Position numbers and translations under genes: made by a program. Positions 17,493 through 27,892 of a stretch of 64,000 bases of DNA are shown in pieces. Below the pieces are notes generated by a model. It saw only the letters and a list, made by a program, of their open reading frames with translations. It was not told the DNA's origin and made no database searches. Numbering within the stretch: position 1 is the stretch's first letter; the number at the start of each line of letters is the position of its first letter. This stretch comes from an uncultured Planctomycetaceae bacterium (lineage in GTDB: Bacteria > Planctomycetota > Planctomycetia > Planctomycetales > Planctomycetaceae): the NCBI GenBank assembly GCA_963815195.1, contig CAWFGE010000012.1:544001-608000 (forward strand), read 5' to 3'.

Positions 17493-18026
17493 CTATTTCG
17501 CTTCGTCATCGGAAGGCGGGATCAAGAGATCCTCGATGCGGATCCGGATTGGCAAAACCGGGCGGCCGGGGACGGTGACGGTGGGATCGCTGGGCGGGTT
17601 GGAAATCAAGTCGCCCGCGAGATTCGCGAGTTTTTCGTTGTTCGCTTTCAAAAACAATTCCCGGACGCGGCGGGCATGGCGGACGACGCCCGCGGGATTG
17701 CCTTCGCGGGCTTTGACGCCAGCCGCCGACAGGCGGATTAAACCTTTCAGAAAATCGGCGAGGCAGCCCACGCGGCCGCACGCATGCCAGAGGCCTTCCC
17801 AGACTTCGTGGGCTTCCCAATAGTAGCCGCGATTGAACAAATCCACGCCGAAGCGAAAATCGGCATGCCCGGCGAGCGGCTCGGCCCCGGGCACAAAATC
17901 CGCGTGCTCGCGCCGGCCGACGCTGTGGCCCGCCGGATCGCTTACGGGGTGCGGGTGTTGTCCCGGCACGTAAGCATAGGGCGGAAACGGGATTTCGGGA
18001 GCGTAGCGCGGCACGGTTTCGGTCAT
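17493..18026 (-). CDS. DUF309 domain protein
   Basis: LFNRGYYWEAHEVWEGLW motif. Confidence 0.85.
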   Translation of the reverse strand: MTETVPRYAPEIPFPPYAYVPGQHPHPVSDPAGHSVGRREHADFVPGAEPLAGHADFRFGVDLFNRGYYWEAHEVWEGLWHACGRVGCLADFLKGLIRLSAAGVKAREGNPAGVVRHARRVRELFLKANNEKLANLAGDLISNPPSDPTVTVPGRPVLPIRIRIEDLLIPPSDDEAK

Positions 18027-18204
18027 GGCGATGTTGTTCCGTTCTTCCCGATAATCAGTGCAACGACGATGGTGTTAAAATATCTTGTCCGCACTCGTTC
18101 ACCTCCCCCAAGGGCCCAAAGGGGAGGTGAAATCCATCATTCATTGATCATCACACAAAAAGATCATCCGCGTCCACCGCCTCCCAATTCGCCTGAAGGG
18201 CCTT

Positions 18205-19257
18205 TTATTCCGGCCCGGCGACTTTATCCGTCACGCGAAACTCGTTTTTATTGGCGATCAGCTTTTGGCCGGCGGTCACTTTCACGGACGGTTGCTCGGA
18301 GAGTTCCGGCTGCACATTGACCACGCCTTCGATGACTTCCAGCCGGCATTCTTCGCCGTCGACCGCGAGCACCAGGCGGGTTCCCAAAACCTTGGCCGAG
18401 AGGGCCAGGGTTTTGAAAATCATCGGGCGTCCGGGCGGCTGCTTTTGGACCTCGGCTTTCAGTTTCCCATCTTGAAGAACAACCTCCTTGGCCTGAAGCG
18501 CCGAAATCATCCCCGGCAAACGGGCGGCGTCCGGTTGGAGTTCGGCCCTTGTGTTTGGGTAAAATTCAATCTGTGTTTGATCTTTGTAGACGATGGTCAC
18601 GCGGGCGTTTTCGGGGACGCGAACTTCATCGCCCGGGAGAACCCGCATTCCGGGCGCCGCGACATAGCCTACGCCGTTGCGGTAGAGAAAGGCCGTGCCG
18701 GTGTTTTTTCCCACCGTGGCCACCTGGCGGGCAGCGGGCGTGAATTCCAGCCAGGCCAATCCGCCCGCGATCAAGAACAGCACCGCCATCACGCCAAAAA
18801 ACGTCCGCCAGGGATGCCCCGCCTCTTCGGTCGGCGGGGGAGCAGCCGGCGGCGGCGTGGCTTGCAGCTTCGTGCCGGCCGCGTGTGTTTCCGCCGCACT
18901 CTGGTGCGAACCGTTGGCGGGAACCCGCGAGGATTCTCCATTCGTGTGCGGCTCGGTCCCGGAAAGCCGGTAGGTTTCGATGGGGTTCTCGTTGGAAGCC
19001 GACGGATCGCCGGCGGCGTTCGGCATCTCTTTCTGCAATCGCGCTTGGAACCGGGCGATGAACTCCTGCCGACCCGCGGCAAACTGCTGAGCGAGCAGAT
19101 CATCCATGATGAGGTGGTCCTTCAATCGCTCGGCCAGTTGCGGCTGGGTGCGCAGGGCGTTCAATAGCTCCTGAAACTCGGCGTCGGAAAGCCCTTCGCG
19201 GTCTTCCAAGAACCGATGCAAAAGAGCATCGAAATCCAAATTCGGCGGATCGCTCAT
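18205..19257 (-). CDS. FecR-domain anti-sigma factor
   Basis: Single TM segment; AKVLGTRL...VIEGVV FecR motif; downstream of an ECF sigma gene. Confidence 0.82.
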   Translation of the reverse strand: MSDPPNLDFDALLHRFLEDREGLSDAEFQELLNALRTQPQLAERLKDHLIMDDLLAQQFAAGRQEFIARFQARLQKEMPNAAGDPSASNENPIETYRLSGTEPHTNGESSRVPANGSHQSAAETHAAGTKLQATPPPAAPPPTEEAGHPWRTFFGVMAVLFLIAGGLAWLEFTPAARQVATVGKNTGTAFLYRNGVGYVAAPGMRVLPGDEVRVPENARVTIVYKDQTQIEFYPNTRAELQPDAARLPGMISALQAKEVVLQDGKLKAEVQKQPPGRPMIFKTLALSAKVLGTRLVLAVDGEECRLEVIEGVVNVQPELSEQPSVKVTAGQKLIANKNEFRVTDKVAGPE

Positions 19258-19356
19258 GGTGGTCCGTTGTTAGCCCCGAGTATTGATTAGCCCGAGGGCG
19301 CCAGCCCCGGTTTCGTCTTTCGCCGACACGGCATGCGCAGGCTCGCTTCGTCCAAG

Positions 19357-19884
19357 TTACATCGCTTTGCCCAGTTTTTGGAGAACGCAATCCCTGAGAC
19401 CCGCGCGGATGCGGTGCAGAGCCACACGCACGGCTTCGGCGGTGGATTGGGTTTTCTCCGCAATGGCGTCGGAGGCCATGTCCTGGACGTACCGCAGCTC
19501 CAGCATGTCCCGGCGTTGGGCGGGGAGTTTGGTCAAGCAATCCGCAACCGCGGTTTCCAGGGCGTCGGGACTTGCCGCGCGATCGAAATTCGTCGAGGTG
19601 TTGGCGAGAATCTCCGCGAGGGTGTGGCGATGCAGCCGGCCGCGGCGGGCCGCCTTTCGCAAATGATTGAGACACACTTTTTTCGCCATCCCGATCACCC
19701 AAACGTCGGCCGAAACCTCTGCGGGGATGTTCTCGATGTCGCGATACAACTGCAGGAAGGTTTCTTGAGCCAAATCGTCCACCTCGGCCGGGGCGATTCC
19801 CAAGCCGGCGATCAAGGCTCGCACCCGGGCCTGTGTTTGCCCCAGAATCTCATCGAAGTTCCGGGTGCCTGGCGATCGCGTCAT
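19357..19884 (-). CDS. ECF-type sigma-70 factor
   Basis: DDLAQETF region 2; LP..RR..LELRY...IA......AVRVALHRIR region 4. Confidence 0.9.
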   Translation of the reverse strand: MTRSPGTRNFDEILGQTQARVRALIAGLGIAPAEVDDLAQETFLQLYRDIENIPAEVSADVWVIGMAKKVCLNHLRKAARRGRLHRHTLAEILANTSTNFDRAASPDALETAVADCLTKLPAQRRDMLELRYVQDMASDAIAEKTQSTAEAVRVALHRIRAGLRDCVLQKLGKAM

Positions 19885-20137
19885 GGTGCAAGCATCCTCA
19901 AGAGGTAATGGTCGCCGAGGGCCGATCATGTTACTACGAATGCTGGGGCTGTGGCCGGGCGAGAAAAATCTCACACGGCCCCAGGCCTCACATCTGCTTT
20001 TTCCTTGGAACATTCCTTTGCGCCCCAGCCACCGTGCACTTTCGACTTACAGTTTACAGTTTGAGATTTTAGTCGCTGGAACGGCGCGGGGCGATCCACT
20101 ACGCTGAAATGTGGGGAACCTTCGCGGCATTTTTTGG

Positions 20138-22198
20138 ATGTTCTGGGATCGCATGAAACATTGGGGTGCGGGGATCGCCTGGTTGACGTTCGGGCTGGCG
20201 CTGTCGGGCCTGTTTTACAGCGGCTTTTGGCGCGGCGAGGGATTGATCGGCGGCGATCTTTATCCCTATTTCCTCCCGCAGAAAGTCTACTACGCCGAGC
20301 GGCTGGCGGCGGGCGAGTTTCCGCTGTGGAACAACGAGGCCGGCCACGGCTACCCCTTGGTCGCGGAAAGCCAGACCGGGGCGTTTTATCCGCCCAACGT
20401 TGTGGCCTACCAGCTTTGGGACGTGACCACCGCTTACAACATCGTCCAGATCCTCCACTTTGCCCTCGCCTTCGCCTTCACCGTCGCCCTCGCGCGGGCG
20501 CTGGGTTTCTCCGCAGCGGCGTCCACCTTGGCGGGGCTGGTGTATGTTTACGGTTGGTTTCCCGCGCGGATCACCCTCGAATGGGCCATCCTCACGGGAG
20601 CCTGGCTGCCGGCCGCAATCTGGTGCGTGGAAAAACTCATCACGAAGGGGCGCTGGCGGTACGCGGGCGGATTGGCGATCGTGCTCGCGATGCAAATGCT
20701 CGCCGGGCATTTTCATTTGGCCTTCATCACGCAAGTCCTCGTCGCGTGCTACGCCTTGGGACGGGTTTTGATCATGTCGTCCCCACCCAAGCCGACGGCT
20801 CCGCCGTCGGAACCGACACCCAAGCCGACGGCTTGGATTCGTTGGAAACGATTCGGTTTGGTTTTGATCGCCGCGGGATTGGGCTTCGGACTCGCGGCGG
20901 TGCAGCTCGCTCCCACCTGGGAACTCAAGACCTTGAGCCAGCGAAGCGCGGTGGGGACCTATTACGATCCCGCTTACGGACGCATCCCGGTTTGGTACTT
21001 GACCCAGATCGTCGCTCCGTTTGTGTGGTACGGAACCGGAGCCGACTTGAACGCCGGCCGATCGCCCGGCACCCCCGGCACCAACGCGGTCGAAGCCCAT
21101 CTGTATTTCGGATTGGTGCCCGTGCTGTTGCTGTTGTATGGTCTCGGCGCGGGCGTCTTTTGGCGGGACCGCAGGTGGTGGTTGTGGGGGCTGTTGGGAG
21201 TTTTGGCGCTGATCTATGCCACCGGCGTGTTGGCCCCGCTGACGAAATCCCTGCCGGGCTTTCACTATTTCCGAGGCGTGGGGCGATGGGGGATTGTCAC
21301 GACCTTGGCCGCGGCGATCTTGAGTGGGGCGGCTTTCGACGGCCTGCTCTCTCATCGACGGTCCCGCATCATCGCCTGGGGATTGGCCGCGGTCGTTTTA
21401 AGTTTGACGCTGACCGATTTGCGGATCGTGAGCGGCTTCGTGGGCGATGGGTTCTTCGTGGAAAACCCGCCGGTGGGCCGCCTTGACGAAAGCCCCGTCG
21501 GCAAACGGCTCAAGGAATATCGAGAGCCCGTGCGGTTGTTCTGCCGGGGTCCGAACTTGGCGACGTTGTTGGGGGTTTCGTCCACGCCGGAATACTTGGG
21601 CATCGGTCCGGATCAGTATTTCGATCCGAAAACCAAAATTCCGGAACCGAAGCCTTTCGACCAACCGCCCACGCCCGCGCAATGGGATTGGCTCCGACGG
21701 GCGGGCGTGACGCACGTCTTGAGCTTCAAGCCGCTCGATTGGCCTGCGCAGACGGTGGAGCCGGTGTGGTCCGGCGACGACCCGGTTCTCCGCCAGGCTT
21801 GGGGGCGTCTTCCGAACGAATGGTTTTATCTCTATCGACTCAAAAAAAGCCGCGGCCGCGCCGCCTGGCAGGATCCCCGGCAACACCAAGCCGGTCCCGA
21901 AGTCCGCGAACTCGCCGCGAACCGCGTGGTGATTCACGCCGCGTCCGATCGGGCGGGCACGCTGATCCTCACGTCGCTGATGTACCCTGGCTGGCAGGTC
22001 GCGGTCGATGACCGGCCCGCCGAGCCGGTCACGATCGAAGGCATGTACCGCGGCGTGAAACTCCCGCCGGGCGATCACACCGTCACCTGGACCTACCGTC
22101 CGGAGTCTCTCCGCTGGGGGATGTGGATCAGCGGAGCCTCCACCCTGCTGCTCGCCGGCTTTGCGGTTTTCGGTCGGCGAGAGCCGCGCACGAAGTAA
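20138..22198 (+). CDS. YfhO-family membrane glycosyltransferase-like protein
   Basis: GEFPLWN..GHGYP, multiple TM segments, YPGW.V.VD...G.H.V.W.YRP C-terminus; start uncertain. Confidence 0.85.
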   Translation: MFWDRMKHWGAGIAWLTFGLALSGLFYSGFWRGEGLIGGDLYPYFLPQKVYYAERLAAGEFPLWNNEAGHGYPLVAESQTGAFYPPNVVAYQLWDVTTAYNIVQILHFALAFAFTVALARALGFSAAASTLAGLVYVYGWFPARITLEWAILTGAWLPAAIWCVEKLITKGRWRYAGGLAIVLAMQMLAGHFHLAFITQVLVACYALGRVLIMSSPPKPTAPPSEPTPKPTAWIRWKRFGLVLIAAGLGFGLAAVQLAPTWELKTLSQRSAVGTYYDPAYGRIPVWYLTQIVAPFVWYGTGADLNAGRSPGTPGTNAVEAHLYFGLVPVLLLLYGLGAGVFWRDRRWWLWGLLGVLALIYATGVLAPLTKSLPGFHYFRGVGRWGIVTTLAAAILSGAAFDGLLSHRRSRIIAWGLAAVVLSLTLTDLRIVSGFVGDGFFVENPPVGRLDESPVGKRLKEYREPVRLFCRGPNLATLLGVSSTPEYLGIGPDQYFDPKTKIPEPKPFDQPPTPAQWDWLRRAGVTHVLSFKPLDWPAQTVEPVWSGDDPVLRQAWGRLPNEWFYLYRLKKSRGRAAWQDPRQHQAGPEVRELAANRVVIHAASDRAGTLILTSLMYPGWQVAVDDRPAEPVTIEGMYRGVKLPPGDHTVTWTYRPESLRWGMWISGASTLLLAGFAVFGRREPRTK

Positions 22199-22363
22199 GC
22201 GGTCTTGCAAAAAAGGCGATTGCAAAAAAGGCGAGAGCCGCGCACGAAGTAAGCGGTCTTGCGATCTCCTTTTTCAAAAAACCGCTTACTTCGTGCGCGG
22301 CTCTAACGAAACGATCGGCAGCTCTCTTTTTTCAAAAAACCGCTTACTTCGTGCGCGGCTCTA
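22179..22363. repeat. Cluster of four REP-like units (two direct, two inverted)
   Basis: agagccgcgcacgaagtaagcggt twice, then accgcttacttcgtgcgcggctct twice, between convergent genes. Confidence 0.85.
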
Positions 22364-22382
22364 ACGAAACGACCATCAGCGG

Positions 22383-23036
22383 TTATCTTTCGAGGCGTTC
22401 GCGGACGATGCGTTCCAGGCGGTCGACGACGTCCTCGAGTTCCAGCGAAGTGGTGTCGATGACCTGGGCGTCCGGGGCGGGCTTCAGCGGGCCGACTTTC
22501 CGCGAGGCGTCGCGCTCGTCGCGTTCGCGGATCTGCTCGAGCACTTCGTTGAAATCCGCGGGGTGGCCGTCGTCTTGCAGATCGCGCACTCGCCGGCGGG
22601 CGCGCTCTTTGGGGTCGGCGGTGACGAAGAATTTGCACTCGGCCGCGGGAAACACCACGCTGCCCTGGTCGCGGCCTTCCGTGACCATGTCCTTGCCGCG
22701 GGCCAGTTGCCGTTGGAGGTCGGCGAGCGCCTCCCGCACCGAGGCCAGAACCGCCACCCGCGAGGCGGCGGCTGTGACTTCCGGCGTCCGTAAGCGGCCC
22801 GTGACATCCTCTCCGTTCATGAGCAATCGGCCGTGGGCAAACGCCATGCGCAGCGAATGAGCCAACGCACCGATCGCGGCTTCATCATTCCAGGATACGT
22901 TCGCGTCCAAACAGGCGAGCGCCACCGCGCGATACATCGCCCCGGTGTCGAGGAAGGCAAATCCGAGCCGCTCGGCCAACCGCCGGGCCACGCTGCTTTT
23001 TCCCGAACCGGCCGGCCCATCGATAGTGACTATCAT
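22383..23036 (-). CDS. cmk: Cytidylate kinase
   Basis: IDGPAGSGKSS, LDTGAMYRA, EGRD motifs. Confidence 0.96.
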   Translation of the reverse strand: MIVTIDGPAGSGKSSVARRLAERLGFAFLDTGAMYRAVALACLDANVSWNDEAAIGALAHSLRMAFAHGRLLMNGEDVTGRLRTPEVTAAASRVAVLASVREALADLQRQLARGKDMVTEGRDQGSVVFPAAECKFFVTADPKERARRRVRDLQDDGHPADFNEVLEQIRERDERDASRKVGPLKPAPDAQVIDTTSLELEDVVDRLERIVRERLER

Positions 23037-23160
23037 CAGATCCCGCGTCGTGACAAGCAAACAAAACCCCGCAAGACTCTACGGAGGATTGTAACGGCCG
23101 GAAGCCCGATTGACAGCCAAGCGGAGTGTGTGTTTCCAACCGGATTCACATCGAAGCGGA

Positions 23161-23260
23161 TTGGGTGGCACGAGGTGGAAGGGCACGTCCCTGAGCCGAG
23201 CGAAGGGCGTGGCAAAGCGCAACGACCACGCCCTTCGTTCCTCAGGGACGTGCCACCCAA
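23161..23260. repeat. REP-like palindromic element (second copy at 44201-44290)
   Basis: ggcacgtccctgag..cgaagggcgtgg and ccacgcccttcg..ctcagggacgtgcc arms. Confidence 0.75.
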
Positions 23261-23570
23261 ATCGTGCCTGTTTTCTGAAACACACATACCTTTCAGCCGG
23301 ATTCACATCGACGCGTTGCGAAGCGGAGCTTCGCGAGAGTGTGTTCCCAAGCAGAGTTTGGGAACGCGGGGAGGAATTCATCACAGAATCATGGTTCACA
23401 AAATCATATTCTGTGAACCATGATTCTGTTGGATCGCCTCCGCCCGAATCGCGGAGAGAGGGGTTGACAGGCAAGGCGAATTCGGGGGATAACAAATGGC
23501 GGCTTGTGCCGACTCTTCTTGACCTATTTCTTCGATTGCTTCTTTAGTTTTTCATCGAGCGAGTGGGACG

Positions 23571-26500
23571 ATGCCGATTCGGGTGGAATGCGATGTTTGT
23601 GGGGCGAAATACCGCGTGGATGACCGCCGGGCGGGGACGGAGATTCCCTGCAAGAACTGCGATGCCGACATCTGGGTGCCCGAACCCCGGCGGCGCGGTC
23701 CGGAGCGGGGCGGCCGGCGCGGACGGCCGGCGGCCTATGAGTTGGATGATGACGATTTCGATGACGACGATTTCGACGACGAGGAAAGCGGCGGTCTCAC
23801 CCCGCTCCTGTTCATCGGCGGTTTGATCGGCTGCGGGTTATTGCTGGCGGGGCTGATCTTCTTCGTGATGCGCGCCGTGAAAGACGATGGGCCTCCTCCG
23901 CCCGATCAGGTCGCGGACAATAACGCAGATAACAAACCCGCTGCCCCGGCGCGTCCCCCGGCCAACCGCCCGCGGCCGAATCAGTTTGCCCCCCGGCCGA
24001 ATATTCGCAATCAGAATATCCGGCCAGCGAATCCCGCCCAGCCGGTTGTCGATCCCAACCCGGATCCCAACCCGAACCCCGTTCCGCAGCCTCGGCCCCG
24101 GCCGCAGAATCCGGTCGTCAATAATCGGCCGAACGAAAACCCTCCGCCGCCGAGGGGATTTCTGCCGCCGGACGAAAACCAGGCCGGTCTGCCGCCGGAT
24201 TTGGGAGGCGAATGGAAGGTGGCGTTCGATGCGGTTCCGGAGGCGATCGCGTTCGAAGACGGCCGCAAGCTGCGGATGTCGCTGCCCGCGGGGGCCGACG
24301 TGGAGGATGTGCTTTGGCCCACGTCGCCTAGTTTTTTCGTGGCCTTGGGGCGGAACGCGCGGGAGAACGAAGTCCGCGAGGTGTACGACATTCGGACCCG
24401 GCAGAAAATCGGCCGCATCGGCGGCTTCAAAGGCTTGGGGGGCACGTCGGTGCTCAGCCCCGACGGCAAGTTCTTTGCCCTCTCCAACAACGATTCCAAC
24501 GGCATTTATGTTTGGGACGTGGCGGAAAGCAAGCCCAAGGGCACGCTGCCGCTCGCGAGCAACAGCCCCGCGAGCGTGCTCAACTTTGCCGGTCCGAACC
24601 GCCTCGCCGCGGCCGCGGGATCGAAGTCGCCTTTACAGATCTGGAGCCTGCCCGACGGCACGCCGCAGCGCACGATCCCGCTGCCGGACAATTACGTCGC
24701 GGAGTCCGTTGCCTTCAGCCACGGCGGAAAATACGCGGCCGTTTACAGCAAGGATTCCGACAATCCCGCGATTCATATCATGGATCTCGACAGCGGGGAG
24801 ACCGCGGGCGTCATGAGCGTGCCGAAGAAGGGCCGGTTTTGGGCGGCCGACTGCCGCGCGCTGATGTTCTCGCCCGACGGCGAAGAAATCGCGGGCCTCT
24901 TCGAGGAATCGTCCGAAGGCGAGCTTTTGTATGTCTTCAGCCTGCGGGACGGGCAGTTAAATTTTGAATATAAGTTCGAGGACCGGCTGCGGTTCACGTG
25001 GGGCCGGGCCTCCAACACACCCATCCAATGGTTCCCGCACAGACAGCGGTTGCTGATCTATGGGAATCTCATCATCGACCGCGGCGTGGGCAAAGTCGTT
25101 TGGCAGTTCGCCAAAGATCGGCAGGGCATCGATTTCGCGGCGGGCCGGCGGGTTTTAAACAACGACCAGATGATGGCCGTGCTCAATCGCAACAACAAGC
25201 TCTCGCTCGAAAGCTTTTCCGTCGAGGAAGACAAGATCGCGAAGGTCGCGGACGCCGTGGGATCCGGCGGGCAACTCGTGGATGCCAAGCTCCCGCCGCT
25301 CACCGCGATCGATCGTTCGGGGGTGCGGGAACTCGCGCTCGATGCGGGCGTCGGCAACTGGAACGCCAAACCGGACCCCGCCCCTGCCGGCGAATCGGCG
25401 CTCAAAGACAGCGTTTCCGTCACGGCGACCGGCGGGCGGATGACGGGCCTGCTGTTGTCCAATCCCGAGGCCGGCCTCGCGGCCGTGTATTCGCAGCTGC
25501 AAGGTCCCGGCATTCCCCGGCCGCGCGGTTCCACGTCCAAAAACGTCTTCGCCCATATCGACGTTTACAACCTCCGCACAAGCCGGCGGACCGACCAGAT
25601 GGATTTTGAGTTCCCCACCCAAATGGCCGCGTTCAGTCCCAAAGGAACCCGTCTGGCGAGCGTTCTTCATCCCGACCAGGAACGCGTCGATCTCTGGTCC
25701 GCCGCGGACGGGAAGCACGTCCTGGCACTCCGGCCGTATAACGAGGAGGACAAAGGCAAGCGGAAAATCACCGCCGCCACCTTCGTCGATGATGAGCATC
25801 TTTTAACATTGAACAACGAGAAGAAACTCGTGCTCTGGAAACTGCCCGAATGCAAGGCGATCTATGAAATCCCCGAAGCGACCCAGCCGGGCTTAAGTCC
25901 CAACCAGCAGTACCTGGCCGTCAGCACGGGCCGCGGCTATTTGCTGTTGGACTCCCGCACCGGAGACCAGGTGGGCAGCTTCAATATCGAAGGCGTAATG
26001 CACGCGGCGGCGTTTCATCCCGACGGCACCCGCTTCGCCGCGTCCTGCCAGGGTCTGCGCGGGCCGAGCCTTGTCGTGTGGAGCATGGAAGATGGCTCGG
26101 TGCTGACGGAGTTTCCCATTCAAAGCGTCGCCAACCAACTGCACTTCTGCGACAAGAACCATCTCCTCATGAACGACGACACGCTCGTCGATGCCGAGCA
26201 CCGGATGATCGTGTGGAAATATCGGCTCGCCACCGGAGCCCATTCGCCGCAAAGCCCCGACGGCCGGCATTGGTACGTTACGCCGCGGGGCGTCAGCGGG
26301 GCGGAACTGGTCGCGGCGACGCTTCCGGAACCGCAAGTCGCCCAATCACTCGCGAGCCGGAGTTTGAAGCCGGAATACCTCTTGGAGCCCGGCGGCAACC
26401 TGTCGGTGCAGATCAACATTCCCGAATCCGGACCCGGCCAGGAAAACCTCCGCCAGCGGGCTTTGAAGAACCTCATCGACAAGTACCAGATCCACGGCAC

Positions 26501-26915
26501 GTCGGTGGGCGGCGGATCGGCGCTGGTGCTGCAAATGGATTGGCAGGAACGCGACACCGGCAAGACGGAAGAATTGACCGTCCGCCGCCGAGGCCGACTA
26601 CCAACCTTCGGCGGAGGCGAGTCGTTCACGTCGAACATCAAGGAAATCGATTGCAAAATCACGTTTCTGTATAAGAAAGAAGTCGTCCATGTCCAATCGA
26701 CCAAGGCCTCGAGCGCCCTGGGATTTTTTTCGCAAGCGCTTCCCGACGGCAAATCGCCCGAGGAGGTGCTGAACGAAAAAATGTGGGGCGGGGCCGCGGC
26801 GTTCTTCACGCTCTATTCACCGCCCGTTTACGTGTTCCGCGATTTTGAAGGCAAAGGCTTCGGCGGTTCCATCCTCACCGACCGCGGCCCGCAACCGCTG
26901 GGCATCGGCAGGTAA
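23571..26915 (+). CDS. Zinc-ribbon/TM/Pro-rich/WD40 beta-propeller protein
   Basis: N-terminal CDVC..CKNC, acidic tract, TM segment, Pro-Asn linker, repeated FSPDG/FHPDG blades. Confidence 0.85.
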   Translation: MPIRVECDVCGAKYRVDDRRAGTEIPCKNCDADIWVPEPRRRGPERGGRRGRPAAYELDDDDFDDDDFDDEESGGLTPLLFIGGLIGCGLLLAGLIFFVMRAVKDDGPPPPDQVADNNADNKPAAPARPPANRPRPNQFAPRPNIRNQNIRPANPAQPVVDPNPDPNPNPVPQPRPRPQNPVVNNRPNENPPPPRGFLPPDENQAGLPPDLGGEWKVAFDAVPEAIAFEDGRKLRMSLPAGADVEDVLWPTSPSFFVALGRNARENEVREVYDIRTRQKIGRIGGFKGLGGTSVLSPDGKFFALSNNDSNGIYVWDVAESKPKGTLPLASNSPASVLNFAGPNRLAAAAGSKSPLQIWSLPDGTPQRTIPLPDNYVAESVAFSHGGKYAAVYSKDSDNPAIHIMDLDSGETAGVMSVPKKGRFWAADCRALMFSPDGEEIAGLFEESSEGELLYVFSLRDGQLNFEYKFEDRLRFTWGRASNTPIQWFPHRQRLLIYGNLIIDRGVGKVVWQFAKDRQGIDFAAGRRVLNNDQMMAVLNRNNKLSLESFSVEEDKIAKVADAVGSGGQLVDAKLPPLTAIDRSGVRELALDAGVGNWNAKPDPAPAGESALKDSVSVTATGGRMTGLLLSNPEAGLAAVYSQLQGPGIPRPRGSTSKNVFAHIDVYNLRTSRRTDQMDFEFPTQMAAFSPKGTRLASVLHPDQERVDLWSAADGKHVLALRPYNEEDKGKRKITAATFVDDEHLLTLNNEKKLVLWKLPECKAIYEIPEATQPGLSPNQQYLAVSTGRGYLLLDSRTGDQVGSFNIEGVMHAAAFHPDGTRFAASCQGLRGPSLVVWSMEDGSVLTEFPIQSVANQLHFCDKNHLLMNDDTLVDAEHRMIVWKYRLATGAHSPQSPDGRHWYVTPRGVSGAELVAATLPEPQVAQSLASRSLKPEYLLEPGGNLSVQINIPESGPGQENLRQRALKNLIDKYQIHGTSVGGGSALVLQMDWQERDTGKTEELTVRRRGRLPTFGGGESFTSNIKEIDCKITFLYKKEVVHVQSTKASSALGFFSQALPDGKSPEEVLNEKMWGGAAAFFTLYSPPVYVFRDFEGKGFGGSILTDRGPQPLGIGR

Positions 26916-26935
26916 TCGACCGAAAAGGATCTCCC

Positions 26936-27892
26936 ATGTTCTTCCCCCGCTGGTGTTGTCTTTCAGTTCTTCTTCTGTGTTTCTTCGGATCGATCACGAG
27001 CCGCAGTTCGGCCGACGCAAGCGAAAACGCCGCCGTGGCGGAACCCGCCCCGCAGCGCGCCCGCTACAGCGTCACGAAGCCGCCCGCTGCCCTCGGCTTG
27101 CCGGACTATTATGAGAAGTACGTGGATGCGAGCGGGTATCCCGTGATTTCGTCCGGCAAGGTGAATGACTTTGCCCTCAAGGAGGCGGCCTATCTCGTCG
27201 ATTTGATGCTCGCGAAGCGGCCCGATGTCCGCCAGGCGATGGTCGAGAGCGGGTCCCGGCTGATCGTGATCGCCCACACCGAGTACACGACGGACATTCC
27301 CGAGTACGCCCGCCTCAAACCCAAAGATTACTGGGACGCGCGGGCGCGGGGCTTGGGAGGGTCTCGCACCGATCCCGTCTGCTCGTGCGCCGAAGAAAAC
27401 ATGCTCGCCTACCCGGGCGATCCGTACCGTGCGGAAAACATTCTGATTCACGAGTTCGCCCACAACATCCATCTCCGCGGCATGGTCCGCGTGGACCAGA
27501 CCTTCGACCGCCGGCTGAAGAAAGCCTACGACTCGGCGATGGCCCAGGGATTGTGGGCGGGCGTGTATGCTTCGACCAATCATCACGAATACTTCGCCGA
27601 GGGCGTGCAGTCGTGGTTCAACAACAATCGGCCGCCGGACCACGATCACAACCATGTCGACACCCGCAAGGAACTCCGCGAATACGATCCGGGACTGGCC
27701 GATCTTTGCGAAGAGGTCTTCGGAGACACCAAGTTGGTTTATACGAAACCCGCGACCCGGCTGACGGGCCATCTGGCCGGTTACGATCCGAAAACCGCCC
27801 CGAAATTCAACTGGCCGGAACGGTTGCAGAAACAACGCGACGAAATCCGCAAAAAAGCCCAGGCCCGCCGCGCCAAGGCGACCGGCCAATGA
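26936..27892 (+). CDS. Secreted zinc metallopeptidase-like protein
   Basis: Signal peptide; IHEFAH (HExxH) and EYFAEGVQSWF. Confidence 0.75.
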   Translation: MFFPRWCCLSVLLLCFFGSITSRSSADASENAAVAEPAPQRARYSVTKPPAALGLPDYYEKYVDASGYPVISSGKVNDFALKEAAYLVDLMLAKRPDVRQAMVESGSRLIVIAHTEYTTDIPEYARLKPKDYWDARARGLGGSRTDPVCSCAEENMLAYPGDPYRAENILIHEFAHNIHLRGMVRVDQTFDRRLKKAYDSAMAQGLWAGVYASTNHHEYFAEGVQSWFNNNRPPDHDHNHVDTRKELREYDPGLADLCEEVFGDTKLVYTKPATRLTGHLAGYDPKTAPKFNWPERLQKQRDEIRKKAQARRAKATGQ

